From the IMG/VR virus record IMGVR_UViG_3300047299_000042, positions 941 to 64,940 of that record: 64,000 nucleotides of DNA, one strand, 5' to 3'. This stretch comes from a virus (Duplodnaviria > Caudoviricetes). Shown here one piece after another: positions 48,751-57,817 of this stretch. Positions within the stretch are counted from its first letter, which is position 1; the number at the start of each line of letters is the position of its first letter. The notes beneath the pieces are model-generated. The model was not told where the DNA came from. It ran no database searches and saw only the letters and a list, made by a program, of their open reading frames with translations. The position numbers were made by a program, and so were the translations under genes.

Positions 48751-48781
48751 CAAAGGTAGTAAACGTTTTTGTTAAGTCAAA
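48751..48781 (-). promoter_or_regulatory. Bacteroidota promoter TTTG-N19-TACCTTTG driving the tRNA-like array
   Basis: Exact consensus about 90 nt upstream of TL4. Confidence 0.75.
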
Positions 48782-49011
48782 TTTTTGGACAAATAAATTT
48801 TAAACTCTCTTATTGCCCTGTAAGATGCCTGTTGCGCTCGACCTTTGGCGTGAATTAATCTGCTAAGATTTGTCCTTACCATATCAATGTCGCTATGGAC
48901 TATCACACCTTGTTTAAAGTTTACCTGTTTTGGTTCAACATTTTCTTCAAGGTACTTAGTAGCCCACTGGATTGCTTTTTCATAGTTTTCATTCTTTGCA
49001 TTGTCTGCCAT
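48772..49011 (-). CDS. Hypothetical protein
   Basis: ORF track. Confidence 0.5.
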   Translation of the reverse strand: MADNAKNENYEKAIQWATKYLEENVEPKQVNFKQGVIVHSDIDMVRTNLSRLIHAKGRAQQASYRAIREFKIYLSKNLT

Positions 49012-49158
49012 CTTACGTCTACCTTATATAAATACCAATCAAAAATCTTAATGTGTGGGACTAGGTTATACACTAGCTCCCTTGGGACGAACTGATACTT
49101 CTCCATCCTGTAAATCGTGCCACAAAACTTGAGGTAAAAACCTCTAACACGTCTGAAA

Positions 49159-49392
49159 TTATACCTCTTGAATTCCATCTCTGAATTTGCTGATAGTGGA
49201 AACGTTTGTCTTTGTCCATCCGTGGTAAGCAAGGTTAGCCTCGATTCGGTCATTGACTGCACCAAGCAATCTGTAACGATAGTTTCCTTCTTTATCATAG
49301 TAATTGACCTTTAGTTCGTTATAGTCCACAACACAAACCTCGTTTGCATCGGCTGACTTGTAGTACATTAATTTAATTTTCTTCGTCTTCAT
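49159..49392 (-). CDS. Hypothetical protein
   Basis: ORF track, packed operon. Confidence 0.5.
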   Translation of the reverse strand: MKTKKIKLMYYKSADANEVCVVDYNELKVNYYDKEGNYRYRLLGAVNDRIEANLAYHGWTKTNVSTISKFRDGIQEV

Positions 49393-49573
49393 CGTAAGTA
49401 AGTTGTTTAACGAGGTCTTCCATATAAGCTGCCTTAAAGGCTACCTCTTTGTTGCCATTCCAAAATTCGCTATAATGTTCTCGGGGTATAGCGTACCAAA
49501 GGTTTTCATAGGCGTTCCGCCAGAACACATATGGGTAAAGAAAGATTGATTTATTTTGCATATTATTTACCAT
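49373..49573 (-). CDS. Hypothetical protein
   Basis: YVFWRNAYENLWYAIPRE.Y..FWNG motif; packed operon. Confidence 0.5.
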   Translation of the reverse strand: MVNNMQNKSIFLYPYVFWRNAYENLWYAIPREHYSEFWNGNKEVAFKAAYMEDLVKQLTYDEDEEN

Positions 49574-49788
49574 CTTGATTGCCCATATTTACCTTCTTTC
49601 CAGCCTTTTTCGTGGGATTCATTCGCTATTCTGCTATATTCTTTTTGCTCCATTGACTTAGCTTTCTCCCATATATTGACCCTTATTTCGTGGTATTCTT
49701 CAGGAGCAATTTCTCCGTTAACTACCGCCGAGTTTAAGTCAGATAATTTGTCTTCAGCCCATTCAACTGCTGTTTGTTTATTTCCCAT
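49567..49788 (-). CDS. KQTAVEW-family small protein
   Basis: Begins MGNKQTAVEW. Confidence 0.6.
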   Translation of the reverse strand: MGNKQTAVEWAEDKLSDLNSAVVNGEIAPEEYHEIRVNIWEKAKSMEQKEYSRIANESHEKGWKEGKYGQSRW

Positions 49789-49987
49789 ATGTTTCGTTGT
49801 AATATTCTTCTGAATCCATATCTACTGCATAGGTTCCTACATATGCTCCTCCATCAAATGCATCCATTATCTGTTCTTTTTCCTTTTCTTTTGCTTGTTG
49901 ATATAATTCTTTTTCATACAAGTCTACTCTTATAAAAACAGGCAATTGCATCATCAACCATTCTACTGCTGTTTGTTTATTTCCCAT
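49778..49987 (-). CDS. KQTAVEW-family small protein
   Basis: Begins MGNKQTAVEW, ends EYYNETYGK. Confidence 0.6.
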   Translation of the reverse strand: MGNKQTAVEWLMMQLPVFIRVDLYEKELYQQAKEKEKEQIMDAFDGGAYVGTYAVDMDSEEYYNETYGK

Positions 49988-50180
49988 AAGTTTCGTTATA
50001 ATATTCTTTTTTAAATGATTCTTTATCCCATATCTTCATAAAATGCTCGCAGGTATTATCCTCCTTAATAGGAGTCTCTGCGAAATACGCCTGCCTCCAC
50101 TTACTTGGGGTGGCAGTATAACGATAACACGTTTCTTTAATGGGGCAATTGCCTCCCCAGCACATTGCTATATCAGGCAT
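49977..50180 (-). CDS. Small Cys-rich protein
   Basis: MPDIAMC.G.NCP.KETCYRY...C; ends EYYNETYGK. Confidence 0.6.
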   Translation of the reverse strand: MPDIAMCWGGNCPIKETCYRYTATPSKWRQAYFAETPIKEDNTCEHFMKIWDKESFKKEYYNETYGK

Positions 50181-50191
50181 TGTCTTGTTGT

Positions 50192-50503
50192 TTAAATGGA
50201 TTCACTATATTGTATTTGTTCGTTCTTTACTTCTTCAATAAACGGTTGGTTCTCCAATTCTTCAATCACAATATTGATTGCTTCGGGATAATGGGTGTCA
50301 CCACTTCTAAAATGTATACCAACTAAACCCAATACCTCATTATTAATATAGTGACGGTTCTTACCCTTACCATTTATAATTTCATGGTCCATTGAAACAT
50401 CATTCCAATCCTCTAACACACATTGATGCCCACCTTTGATTTTGTAATGTAGTCTAACAATGTTATTGTGACTGAATTGTTTAATAAATTCTCCTAGTTT
50501 CAT
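50192..50503 (-). CDS. Hypothetical protein
   Basis: ORF track. Confidence 0.5.
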   Translation of the reverse strand: MKLGEFIKQFSHNNIVRLHYKIKGGHQCVLEDWNDVSMDHEIINGKGKNRHYINNEVLGLVGIHFRSGDTHYPEAINIVIEELENQPFIEEVKNEQIQYSESI

Positions 50504-50639
50504 TAGTATTGTTGTTTATAATATATTTCTAATATCAATGGTAATACTGCAGCAAACCAATAACACATTATGCACAATAAATCTGCTATTTCAAGACCAT
50601 TCTTATTAATAATTCTTCTTAATAGTTTCATTTGTCTTG

Positions 50640-50846
50640 TTATTTATCAATATGAATAAGAAAACTAATCTTGCGTTTGATTGTTGGATATGTCTCCAAT
50701 AACCATTGTGTCAAAGGACATTTTGGGTCATAATCATCAATATGAAACTCTAAGTAAGTATGAACTTTGTGGTCACTTATTATGTATTGTTGTAATTCTT
50801 CAGGTATCTCTGATAGCTTAATTATTGATTTTGTTATTGTTTTCAT
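50640..50846 (-). CDS. Hypothetical protein
   Basis: ORF track. Confidence 0.5.
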   Translation of the reverse strand: MKTITKSIIKLSEIPEELQQYIISDHKVHTYLEFHIDDYDPKCPLTQWLLETYPTIKRKISFLIHIDK

Positions 50847-51089
50847 TGTCCTAAATATTTAGCAATCCCTTTTTCTACATCTTTAAACGTCTCGGGATAC
50901 AAAGTAGCAATACTGAAATGCCGTCTCTCATATTCCCAAGTTCTATTGCGTCCTGTGAACACAATCATTAGGTAGTGGTTGTTGTCGCCACCCTCCTTTA
51001 AAAGCATTAGGCTCCCCGCATCTGGAACCATATAGTACAAGAATCCTAAAGAAGATATATGCTTCTTAGTCTTGTTAAGTAGAAGTTGT

Positions 51090-51377
51090 TTACTCCGAGT
51101 CATAGTCGTACTTGAGCAAGAAAAGGTTGATGATGTTCTCGTCCATATACACATAGTCATTGTTGGAGAATCTAATATCTCCATCAATCATTGTCATCTT
51201 ATAGTTCTTAATGAACTTGATGAAATCGCCAAGGATTAAGTTCGGGTTAGATAGCTTTGAGTTAATCAGAGCCTGACCCTTCTCGCCGTGAACATAGCCA
51301 CGATGATACGCACCCCTTAGGGAAATCTTTACTTCCTCTAAGATGTCTTCTAATTCGTCGTTTAATACGTCTTTCAT
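51090..51377 (-). CDS. Hypothetical protein
   Basis: ORF track, ATGA overlap with the exonuclease gene. Confidence 0.5.
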   Translation of the reverse strand: MKDVLNDELEDILEEVKISLRGAYHRGYVHGEKGQALINSKLSNPNLILGDFIKFIKNYKMTMIDGDIRFSNNDYVYMDENIINLFLLKYDYDSE

Positions 51378-52150
51378 TGTTTGGTTGGTTTATAATTTTT
51401 GAACATTAACTCTATTGTTGATTGATAATCCTTACATTCAATTACCTGATAGGATTCATTCTCCTCAAACAACCACACCAAATACAATCGACCTATCTTG
51501 ATATTAGTATTCTTCTCTATGATATATTTATAGAGATTTAGCTGAAGCGAATACGCCTCGTACTCACATTCTTCTATGAATGATATCGGGGCTTTGAATC
51601 TCTTACGATACTCCGACTTCATTCGTATCTGCTTGTTGGTTTTGTAGTCCCAAATCTGATACTCTTGTAACTTCTCATTCCAAAACAATCCGTCAACCAT
51701 ACCCCCTACCCCAAGTTCAGCATCGCCTACAACTAACTCCATTGCAACAGGAGTAAGGGCAGGGGAGGAGTCACGATAGAAATCCAAGAACATATTCACA
51801 CACACATCGTATCTCTCTTTAATGTGGTCTTCGCCGAATTTATCGATTACCATCTGAGAGTTGTATGGGAAGATTTTATTGAACCAATAGTTCTCAGCAA
51901 AGTTGTGTACTAGCGTACCCTTTATCCCTGCAAACTCTCGTTTATAATCCCAATCAGCAAGTACATCCTCGACAGGGATACCTTGCTTTTCAGCAACCTT
52001 TCTCGCCATAAACTTTGAGTCAAACTCAGGCTTAAATAGCTTAAGGAATCCAGTCCCTGATACCAACTCTTGCTCGCCTATAAAATACTTATGAGGTTCG
52101 TCGTAGTACTTGATGTGTGAGAACTTCTTGAGTTCTTGGAATACGTTCAT
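51374..52150 (-). CDS. PD-(D/E)xK exonuclease (Cas4/lambda-exo-like)
   Basis: H.Y...S.T, GTLVH..AE, E.......GG.VD, IWDYKTN, YSLQL..Y motifs. Confidence 0.85.
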   Translation of the reverse strand: MNVFQELKKFSHIKYYDEPHKYFIGEQELVSGTGFLKLFKPEFDSKFMARKVAEKQGIPVEDVLADWDYKREFAGIKGTLVHNFAENYWFNKIFPYNSQMVIDKFGEDHIKERYDVCVNMFLDFYRDSSPALTPVAMELVVGDAELGVGGMVDGLFWNEKLQEYQIWDYKTNKQIRMKSEYRKRFKAPISFIEECEYEAYSLQLNLYKYIIEKNTNIKIGRLYLVWLFEENESYQVIECKDYQSTIELMFKNYKPTKQ

Positions 52151-52551
52151 AGTCTATCGTTGTTTATTAATTTTTTTTGTATCCAAAACCAAGAATTTTC
52201 ATACCACATTTTCCAATTTTTAGCATACATTTTGCCTGATTTTGGATAATAGTTGAAGTCCCCCCAAAAGTCATTATTAGTATCAATATTCAGGATTACG
52301 CCATTAAACTTAAGTGTGAAGCCTTTGTCTAGCAAAGCGTCAATTTTGCTACTCTTTAAAAAGCCACTCATTTTATTGAGCCTAAAAGTATTTGAGTTGA
52401 GTCTATTAGTTCTATTAAAGGCGTAATTAGAGTCTTCTTCTAGCTCTTTTTCTAGTTCTTTAATCTCGCTTCGCATTTCCATTCTATACTCCTTGTATTC
52501 TTCAAGAATAGGGAGTACATCTTCTTTGGTTTTAATTTCTATCCAAGCCAT
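52147..52551 (-). CDS. Hypothetical protein
   Basis: ORF track. Confidence 0.5.
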   Translation of the reverse strand: MAWIEIKTKEDVLPILEEYKEYRMEMRSEIKELEKELEEDSNYAFNRTNRLNSNTFRLNKMSGFLKSSKIDALLDKGFTLKFNGVILNIDTNNDFWGDFNYYPKSGKMYAKNWKMWYENSWFWIQKKLINNDRL

Positions 52552-52552
52552 A

Positions 52553-53974
52553 TTAAAAAGGTTCTATAGTTACATTGTTATCAAAATCTACTTCCATCTT
52601 ATTAATTACTGAGTTCTTGTAGGCAGGCTCAATTGCCGTAAACCTAAACAACTCTTCCTCTTCATCAGCTATTCTATTCGTGGTGACATCGCAATACCTT
52701 ACAACACCACCTGTCATACCATCCCTGTTTTTAAGGATAATAAACTCTAGCGTGTAGTCCATATCAGGGACAGGGAGATTGTTAGCGCGCGCTTCTGCTT
52801 GAGCATAGTAGTAAGGTCTATACAATCCAATCACAACTGATGCATCCTGCTCGATGTTACCTGAACTTCTGATATCAGATAACTGAGGACGCTTGTCGCT
52901 TCTGCCCTCAGCGCCACGAGACAATTGACTCAGGCAAATGATAGGAATGTTTAACTTACGAGTTAACTTCTGAATTTTATTGGATACAGACGATACCTGA
53001 CTAAAGTCGTCCTGCCCTCGCATCTGATTGTCTCGAATCAACTGCATATAGTCAATATAAACTATGTCTATTTTGTTTTTACGACATTCCGTTGTCAAGA
53101 CCATTGATAGGTAGTTTATGTCTCGATTATCTGAGTCATAAAAGAATATCGGTAGCGACTTCAACTCTCTTGCATTTGACCTGCGAATCTTCTGAACATC
53201 TTCTTGGGTGATACGATTAGCCTTGATATCTGAGTATTTATACTCTGGTGCTTCAGATGAAATATAACGATACATTAAAGATTCCTTCGGCATCTCAAGT
53301 GACAAGAATAACACACGCTTACCTGACTTAGCAGATGACTTAGCAAAGTCTAAACCCACAATAGTTTTACCCATTGATGGTCTAGCCGCTATCACAACCA
53401 TACCCTCTTGCCATCCGCCTAAAGCATAGTTCAACTTTCGTGAACCTGTGTCGATGCCCGAAAACTTTACGTTTCCTGCGTTGACCTCCAATCTGTCCAT
53501 CACCTTGTCATACACCTCTCCTAACGAGAAAATGTCGGTGCTTACCACGTCCTGCTCTATCTTTGTAACACCTTGGTCTATGATAGTCTGAATCGTAGTG
53601 ACGTCTTCGTTTCGGTCGATAGCCGACTGAATGCTATTAGTCAAGTCTTGGTACTGACGCTTCTTCTCTAAGTCCTTTAATTCAGCGCAAGCCGTTGTCA
53701 ACTCAATGGTTGTCTTGGGAGTCATCGTTAATAGCATCGGTGGCTCATCTGATAGGTAGTAAGGATTGTCGCTAATGCGCTTAAATATATCGAAACGAGT
53801 GTAAGCCTTATTGTCTAAATAAAACTCCTTCATCGTCAGATATGACTCCTTAAATAGGTCGTAAGTAAATGCGTCCTCGCCTATAATCTTAACCGCATCC
53901 TTTACTAGGTGGGGTTTGTCAAGGAGGTAGGCTATTACGTCCGACTCGAGTAATGGTATGTTTAGTCTTGGCAT
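52553..53974 (-). CDS. dnaB: Replicative DNA helicase
   Basis: IAARPSMGKT Walker A, FLSLEM, IDYMQL, LSQLSR, RPQLSDIRSSGNIEQDA, KNRDG. Confidence 0.95.
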   Translation of the reverse strand: MPRLNIPLLESDVIAYLLDKPHLVKDAVKIIGEDAFTYDLFKESYLTMKEFYLDNKAYTRFDIFKRISDNPYYLSDEPPMLLTMTPKTTIELTTACAELKDLEKKRQYQDLTNSIQSAIDRNEDVTTIQTIIDQGVTKIEQDVVSTDIFSLGEVYDKVMDRLEVNAGNVKFSGIDTGSRKLNYALGGWQEGMVVIAARPSMGKTIVGLDFAKSSAKSGKRVLFLSLEMPKESLMYRYISSEAPEYKYSDIKANRITQEDVQKIRRSNARELKSLPIFFYDSDNRDINYLSMVLTTECRKNKIDIVYIDYMQLIRDNQMRGQDDFSQVSSVSNKIQKLTRKLNIPIICLSQLSRGAEGRSDKRPQLSDIRSSGNIEQDASVVIGLYRPYYYAQAEARANNLPVPDMDYTLEFIILKNRDGMTGGVVRYCDVTTNRIADEEEELFRFTAIEPAYKNSVINKMEVDFDNNVTIEPF

Positions 53975-53975
53975 T

Positions 53976-54623
53976 TTAGTAGTTGTCAGGGATTGTGATT
54001 TCGGTTATTTTATTTGCTGATAGTGGAATCGGCGTAGGCTTGTCACCCACTACCTCATCCTCCCATACTCGGTGTGCAAGGTAGCGCTCAGGGTCTTTCC
54101 TATACTTCACCTCTCTACTAGCTATGTAACTAGGCAGAGCATTAAATATTGCTTCTATCTCAGATGTCTTTAGCTTAGTCCATTTAGCTTTAGCCTTGTC
54201 CTTCCCTACCTTCTTATTGTAGGTATTCCAAAACTCTTCAAATCGTTCAATAGAGTTATTATTTTCTTTTTTATTATATTCTTTATTATGTGGTGTTTTG
54301 ACAACGGAGGTATGGTGTTGTAGCACCAGAGGGGTATGGTGTTCTGAAAGCAGAGGGGTAGTCAATCTAATCTCTCTTGAATCGACTTCATTATTCTCCT
54401 TTCTCTTGATGACTCTTGTTATTAATTTCTTCTTTTCCAAGCCTAATAGACAAGTCCTAACACCATCTAACTTCATACCCAATGCATCAGCTATGTACTG
54501 ATTACTCGCAAAGCAATAGCCTTCTTTAGCAGATAAACTATGGATTAATCCCATCAGATTTTTCTCCGATGCGGTTAAGTCCGTTCGTGCTAGTAAATCA
54601 TATGGGATTATTATAAAATTCAT
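53976..54623 (-). CDS. Replication initiator (lambda O-like, N-terminal wHTH)
   Basis: GYCFASNQYIA..LG wHTH, internal iteron-encoded repeats, FEEFWN.Y.KK.GK.KA...W C-domain; directly upstream of dnaB. Confidence 0.85.
   Translation of the reverse strand: MNFIIIPYDLLARTDLTASEKNLMGLIHSLSAKEGYCFASNQYIADALGMKLDGVRTCLLGLEKKKLITRVIKRKENNEVDSREIRLTTPLLSEHHTPLVLQHHTSVVKTPHNKEYNKKENNNSIERFEEFWNTYNKKVGKDKAKAKWTKLKTSEIEAIFNALPSYIASREVKYRKDPERYLAHRVWEDEVVGDKPTPIPLSANKITEITIPDNY
54256..54360 (-). repeat. Iteron array (3 x 22-24 bp) plus AT-rich tract: putative replication origin
   Basis: TACCCCTCTGCTTTCAGAACACCA / TACCCCTCTGGTGCTACAACACCA / TACCTCCGTTGTCAAAACACCA (54291-54360), then an A/T-rich tract. 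Confidence 0.8.
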
Positions 54624-54856
54624 AATGCTGTTTTTAACTCTTCGTTGATTGCGTTCAAGTCATTTACCATACCTTGGACTAGTCTAGCCAACTTATCGAA
54701 TGACTCCATATTAGGTCGCGCATATTTAAATAGAGCAGAGTACTCTTTAATTTCTTGCTCAAGTTTAACTTTGCGCAGGTTAAGTATTGCTCGGTGACAC
54801 ATTATCTCCAACTCGTCGCCAACGAATGGATTTGGGTAAACAACTTGTTCTTCCAT
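54620..54856 (-). CDS. Hypothetical protein, first gene of the replication operon
   Basis: Likely ATG at 54856 (MEEQVVY). Confidence 0.55.
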   Translation of the reverse strand: MEEQVVYPNPFVGDELEIMCHRAILNLRKVKLEQEIKEYSALFKYARPNMESFDKLARLVQGMVNDLNAINEELKTAL

Positions 54857-54861
54857 AGTAC

Positions 54862-54977
54862 AAAAAAAATAAGCCCCCAAACCTTGTTGCGCAGGAGAGG
54901 GGGCTGGTTCAAGTTGCCTTGAATACCGAATGAGATGACCGCAACTTCACCTCATCCGCTAGTACGTTTCAAATGTA
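54862..54977 (-). promoter_or_regulatory. Promoter + structured leader/attenuator of the replication operon
   Basis: TACATTTG box (54970-54977), three hairpins, the last a terminator AGCCCCC/GGGGGCT+T8; loops GTTGCG and CGCAAC are complementary. Confidence 0.7.
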
Positions 54978-54992
54978 CAACATTAGTTTTAA

Positions 54993-55271
54993 TTAATCAA
55001 CTTCCGTTAGATAATTTATATTCATTAACGGAATCCCAATAGTTCTGAACATCTCAGTTGGGTGCTGAAAGATTAGTGTGCGAAAGTCCGCCGTTCCCTC
55101 AAGGAATACCATAAAGTTTGACTTCTCTCGGTTAACTAATCGGTACTCAACAAGGTACTTCTGACCTCCTATCAACTTGCTTGTGTCTACGTTAGGGTTG
55201 TTTACCTCATAGATATTCTTTCTTAAACCTGTTTTCTCGATTAAGACTGTGTGGATTACTTTTCTTGACAT
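54993..55271 (-). CDS. Hypothetical protein
   Basis: ORF track. Confidence 0.5.
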   Translation of the reverse strand: MSRKVIHTVLIEKTGLRKNIYEVNNPNVDTSKLIGGQKYLVEYRLVNREKSNFMVFLEGTADFRTLIFQHPTEMFRTIGIPLMNINYLTEVD

Positions 55272-55273
55272 AA

Positions 55274-55555
55274 TTATTTCTTATTTAAAATGATTTCAAA
55301 ATTACCTTGTGCGATTACCGCGCGACCATCGGCGGTGTTAAATGTGATACCCTTGCCGTAGATTCTAAAGTTGTCTACGCAATAGGTACTAAACTCAGTC
55401 TTGATTGTATACCTACTCTCATCTCGTGATAGGTACAATGTGATTGCCACGCCGATAATACATATCGCGCCTACTGCAACTATTACTAATTCATTAGCTA
55501 TTCTTCTCATATTCTTTTGGTATAGGGAGGCGTAGTCTTTTAGAACCCGCCTCAA
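55274..55555 (-). CDS. Membrane-anchored hypothetical protein
   Basis: TM segment LVIVAVGAICIIGVAITLYL; true start probably MRRIANE. Confidence 0.5.
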   Translation of the reverse strand: MRRVLKDYASLYQKNMRRIANELVIVAVGAICIIGVAITLYLSRDESRYTIKTEFSTYCVDNFRIYGKGITFNTADGRAVIAQGNFEIILNKK

Positions 55556-55772
55556 TTAATCTCTTTCTACGGGACTTTCCATCGTAGCGTAAGGTAAAGT
55601 ATCCACAAGGTCTAAGACGTGCGCTTAGAGTGCCACTACAAGACTCGCAAGGGTAGGACATCGAGTAAAAAGGGTCTCGTCTATCCCACTCCTTTTGAAT
55701 CTCTTCGGGGTTGTTCTCGTAGCCACACCATTCGCAAGTTACCTTGTGTATTAATTGATGACTGCGACCCAT
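55494..55772 (-). CDS. Zn-ribbon protein
   Basis: CEWC...CESC. Confidence 0.5.
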   Translation of the reverse strand: MGRSHQLIHKVTCEWCGYENNPEEIQKEWDRRDPFYSMSYPCESCSGTLSARLRPCGYFTLRYDGKSRRKRLIEAGSKRLRLPIPKEYEKNS

Positions 55773-56131
55773 TAGATTTCTACTTCAATTTGTTTAACGA
55801 TTGTATTTCCTTTGTATGTGGTTACTTCTTGATAGTCAGTAACACGAGATGTTAGTGTGCCATCGGGTGATTCAATGATGTGAACCCATACCTTGCGGGG
55901 GTTTTTTAAAAGATATACATCACTAAGGCTTGCGTGATAAGCTACATCTTTCACCCATCCGATAGCCATATTATTTCTAATAGACGTGATTTCAAATGGG
56001 TCTTTGTGGTAAACTGAGTATGCGCTATATAAACCTGTTTGGTATAACGCGTTGTCGAATTCGATAATTCCTATTTCTTTTTTCATTGTTTTGTTTGGTT
56101 TTATAATACGATTAAAAAATAAGCTAAGCAT
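55772..56131 (-). CDS. Hypothetical protein
   Basis: ORF track; true start probably MKKEIG. Confidence 0.5.
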   Translation of the reverse strand: MLSLFFNRIIKPNKTMKKEIGIIEFDNALYQTGLYSAYSVYHKDPFEITSIRNNMAIGWVKDVAYHASLSDVYLLKNPRKVWVHIIESPDGTLTSRVTDYQEVTTYKGNTIVKQIEVEI

Positions 56132-56179
56132 ACTGCTGAAATGATTATGGCAACCTCCAAGAGGTCGACGTAGGTGTTT

Positions 56180-56452
56180 TTAGAATTCATCTTTTGTTCT
56201 GATAGTTAATTTAACTGGGCTTGGATTTTGGTAGTCAGCAAAGTTTCCATATGTTACCTCATAAATACTAACGTTGATATCGTCATCGTATAAAATGTGG
56301 ATATCAAATGTAACTCCGTTGAACTCGAACGCGCTCCATTCATCTAACTCCGAATAAGGGATAATTATCTCGCAATCAACCTTGTTGACGCGGGCATACA
56401 CACACATCCTCTGCTTAAAAGGATTGATAATTACATTAAACTTTGTTGCCAT
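56180..56452 (-). CDS. Hypothetical protein (paralogue of 56904-57320)
   Basis: W..FE.NG..FD motif shared. Confidence 0.5.
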   Translation of the reverse strand: MATKFNVIINPFKQRMCVYARVNKVDCEIIIPYSELDEWSAFEFNGVTFDIHILYDDDINVSIYEVTYGNFADYQNPSPVKLTIRTKDEF

Positions 56453-56687
56453 TTTCTATGATGTCTAGTAGTTTCTGAGTCTCTACATTGCACTGAGAAA
56501 TATTGTCCTCGAGTGCGCTATGTAGGGCGTACAATTCATTAATCAATACGTCGACTAGGTCGTCCGTATACAACTTTGCAAAGTGTTCCATCTCTTGTGG
56601 AAACACCTCACCAACACGACAATCTAATATCGCATTGATGATTTTCTCTCGTTGGTTTCCCATTACTTGTTGTTGTTTAGTAGCCAC
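56436..56687 (-). CDS. Hypothetical protein
   Basis: ORF track. Confidence 0.45.
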   Translation of the reverse strand: MATKQQQVMGNQREKIINAILDCRVGEVFPQEMEHFAKLYTDDLVDVLINELYALHSALEDNISQCNVETQKLLDIIENGNKV

Positions 56688-56903
56688 ATTAGGTGGGCTA
56701 AGTCTTCTTGATTCATTGTGTTATTTAGCTAAGTGAACTGATAAGTGCTTCGAGGTCGTCTATGATTGTAACCTCGGGGAATAAGTCAATCTGAACAATG
56801 TCGGTAGTTAAACCATTCTCATCCGTGTACATTCTATTGCAAAGTTTTGTCCGCAGTTCATCTAGTAACTTAACGGATAGGTTAATCGTTGCTTCGTGCT
56901 TTG

Positions 56904-57320
56904 TCATTTGTTATAGTAGTTTAAATAATTATTTAAGTTGCCAATTGTGTCTAGTATTTCGACTTCATAAGAGTTGTCCGTATCAATTAATGTGTAGCCG
57001 TCCGAGTCAACCTTTGTCCCATAAACAGACACTACATTAACTAATGTGTCCTCATATGAATCGGTATAATAATTGACATCAAACACCTCTCCGTTACATT
57101 CGAATCCGTGCCAAAAATCCCCTATATCTCCTTCGGTTAAATCAAAGTTGAACATCTCCTCCTTGAACCATAAGGTTAGTTCCATCCTATTATAGTTTAT
57201 AATAGCATAGTTTATTTTACTATTACAAGACTCACATAGGTCACCTTCAAACCACAAGTCGTGTCTACCTTTGTGGTCACCGCAATTAAAGCATTGCCAA
57301 ATATCTTCTTGCTTTGTCAT
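56904..57320 (-). CDS. Zn-finger + acidic domain hypothetical protein
   Basis: CFNC...CESC, then WHGFECNGEVFDV. Confidence 0.5.
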   Translation of the reverse strand: MTKQEDIWQCFNCGDHKGRHDLWFEGDLCESCNSKINYAIINYNRMELTLWFKEEMFNFDLTEGDIGDFWHGFECNGEVFDVNYYTDSYEDTLVNVVSVYGTKVDSDGYTLIDTDNSYEVEILDTIGNLNNYLNYYNK

Positions 57321-57324
57321 TTGT

Positions 57325-57624
57325 TTAGTCTATTAAGGTTGCAAAATAATTAGTTGCTTGTCTTTCAAAAGATTCCATTGAATCCTCATCTTTGTATACT
57401 TCTGATAGGAACATTTCGTAGTCTTCACTGATTGCCCTAAGTAGGTCGTGAGAATGCGCGTCATCTTCTTTATAATAAGTCCTTATGGCAATTAAGCTAA
57501 AGGCAAAGAATCGATAGTCGTGCTTAATCCAAGGCTCTAGTTTTTCTAGTTCTTCTAGTTCTACTAATGGTCTCAATATTTCTTCGCTAGTAAGTGGAAA
57601 GTTGAATTTAGGATTTAGGTTCAT
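57325..57624 (-). CDS. Hypothetical early protein
   Basis: ORF track. Confidence 0.5.
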   Translation of the reverse strand: MNLNPKFNFPLTSEEILRPLVELEELEKLEPWIKHDYRFFAFSLIAIRTYYKEDDAHSHDLLRAISEDYEMFLSEVYKDEDSMESFERQATNYFATLID

Positions 57625-57817
57625 CGCTTTATTTGGTCTATGATTGTATAATATTTGTCATATAATGTGTTGAATACATCTTGAAAGTATTCGGTGTAAT
57701 TGGTGATGCCCGCTTCAGGGTCTTCGTACAAAGAAGACTCATCAGACACCCAATGCAAAAGTTCTTTGTGTGCAAGTTCGCTCGCAAGTTCTACTATGTT
57801 TATTTTGACTTCCATAA

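Noticed and set aside
51374-52150. CRISPR-associated Cas4
   Set aside because: No Fe-S cysteine cluster and no cas context; it sits in the replication/recombination operon
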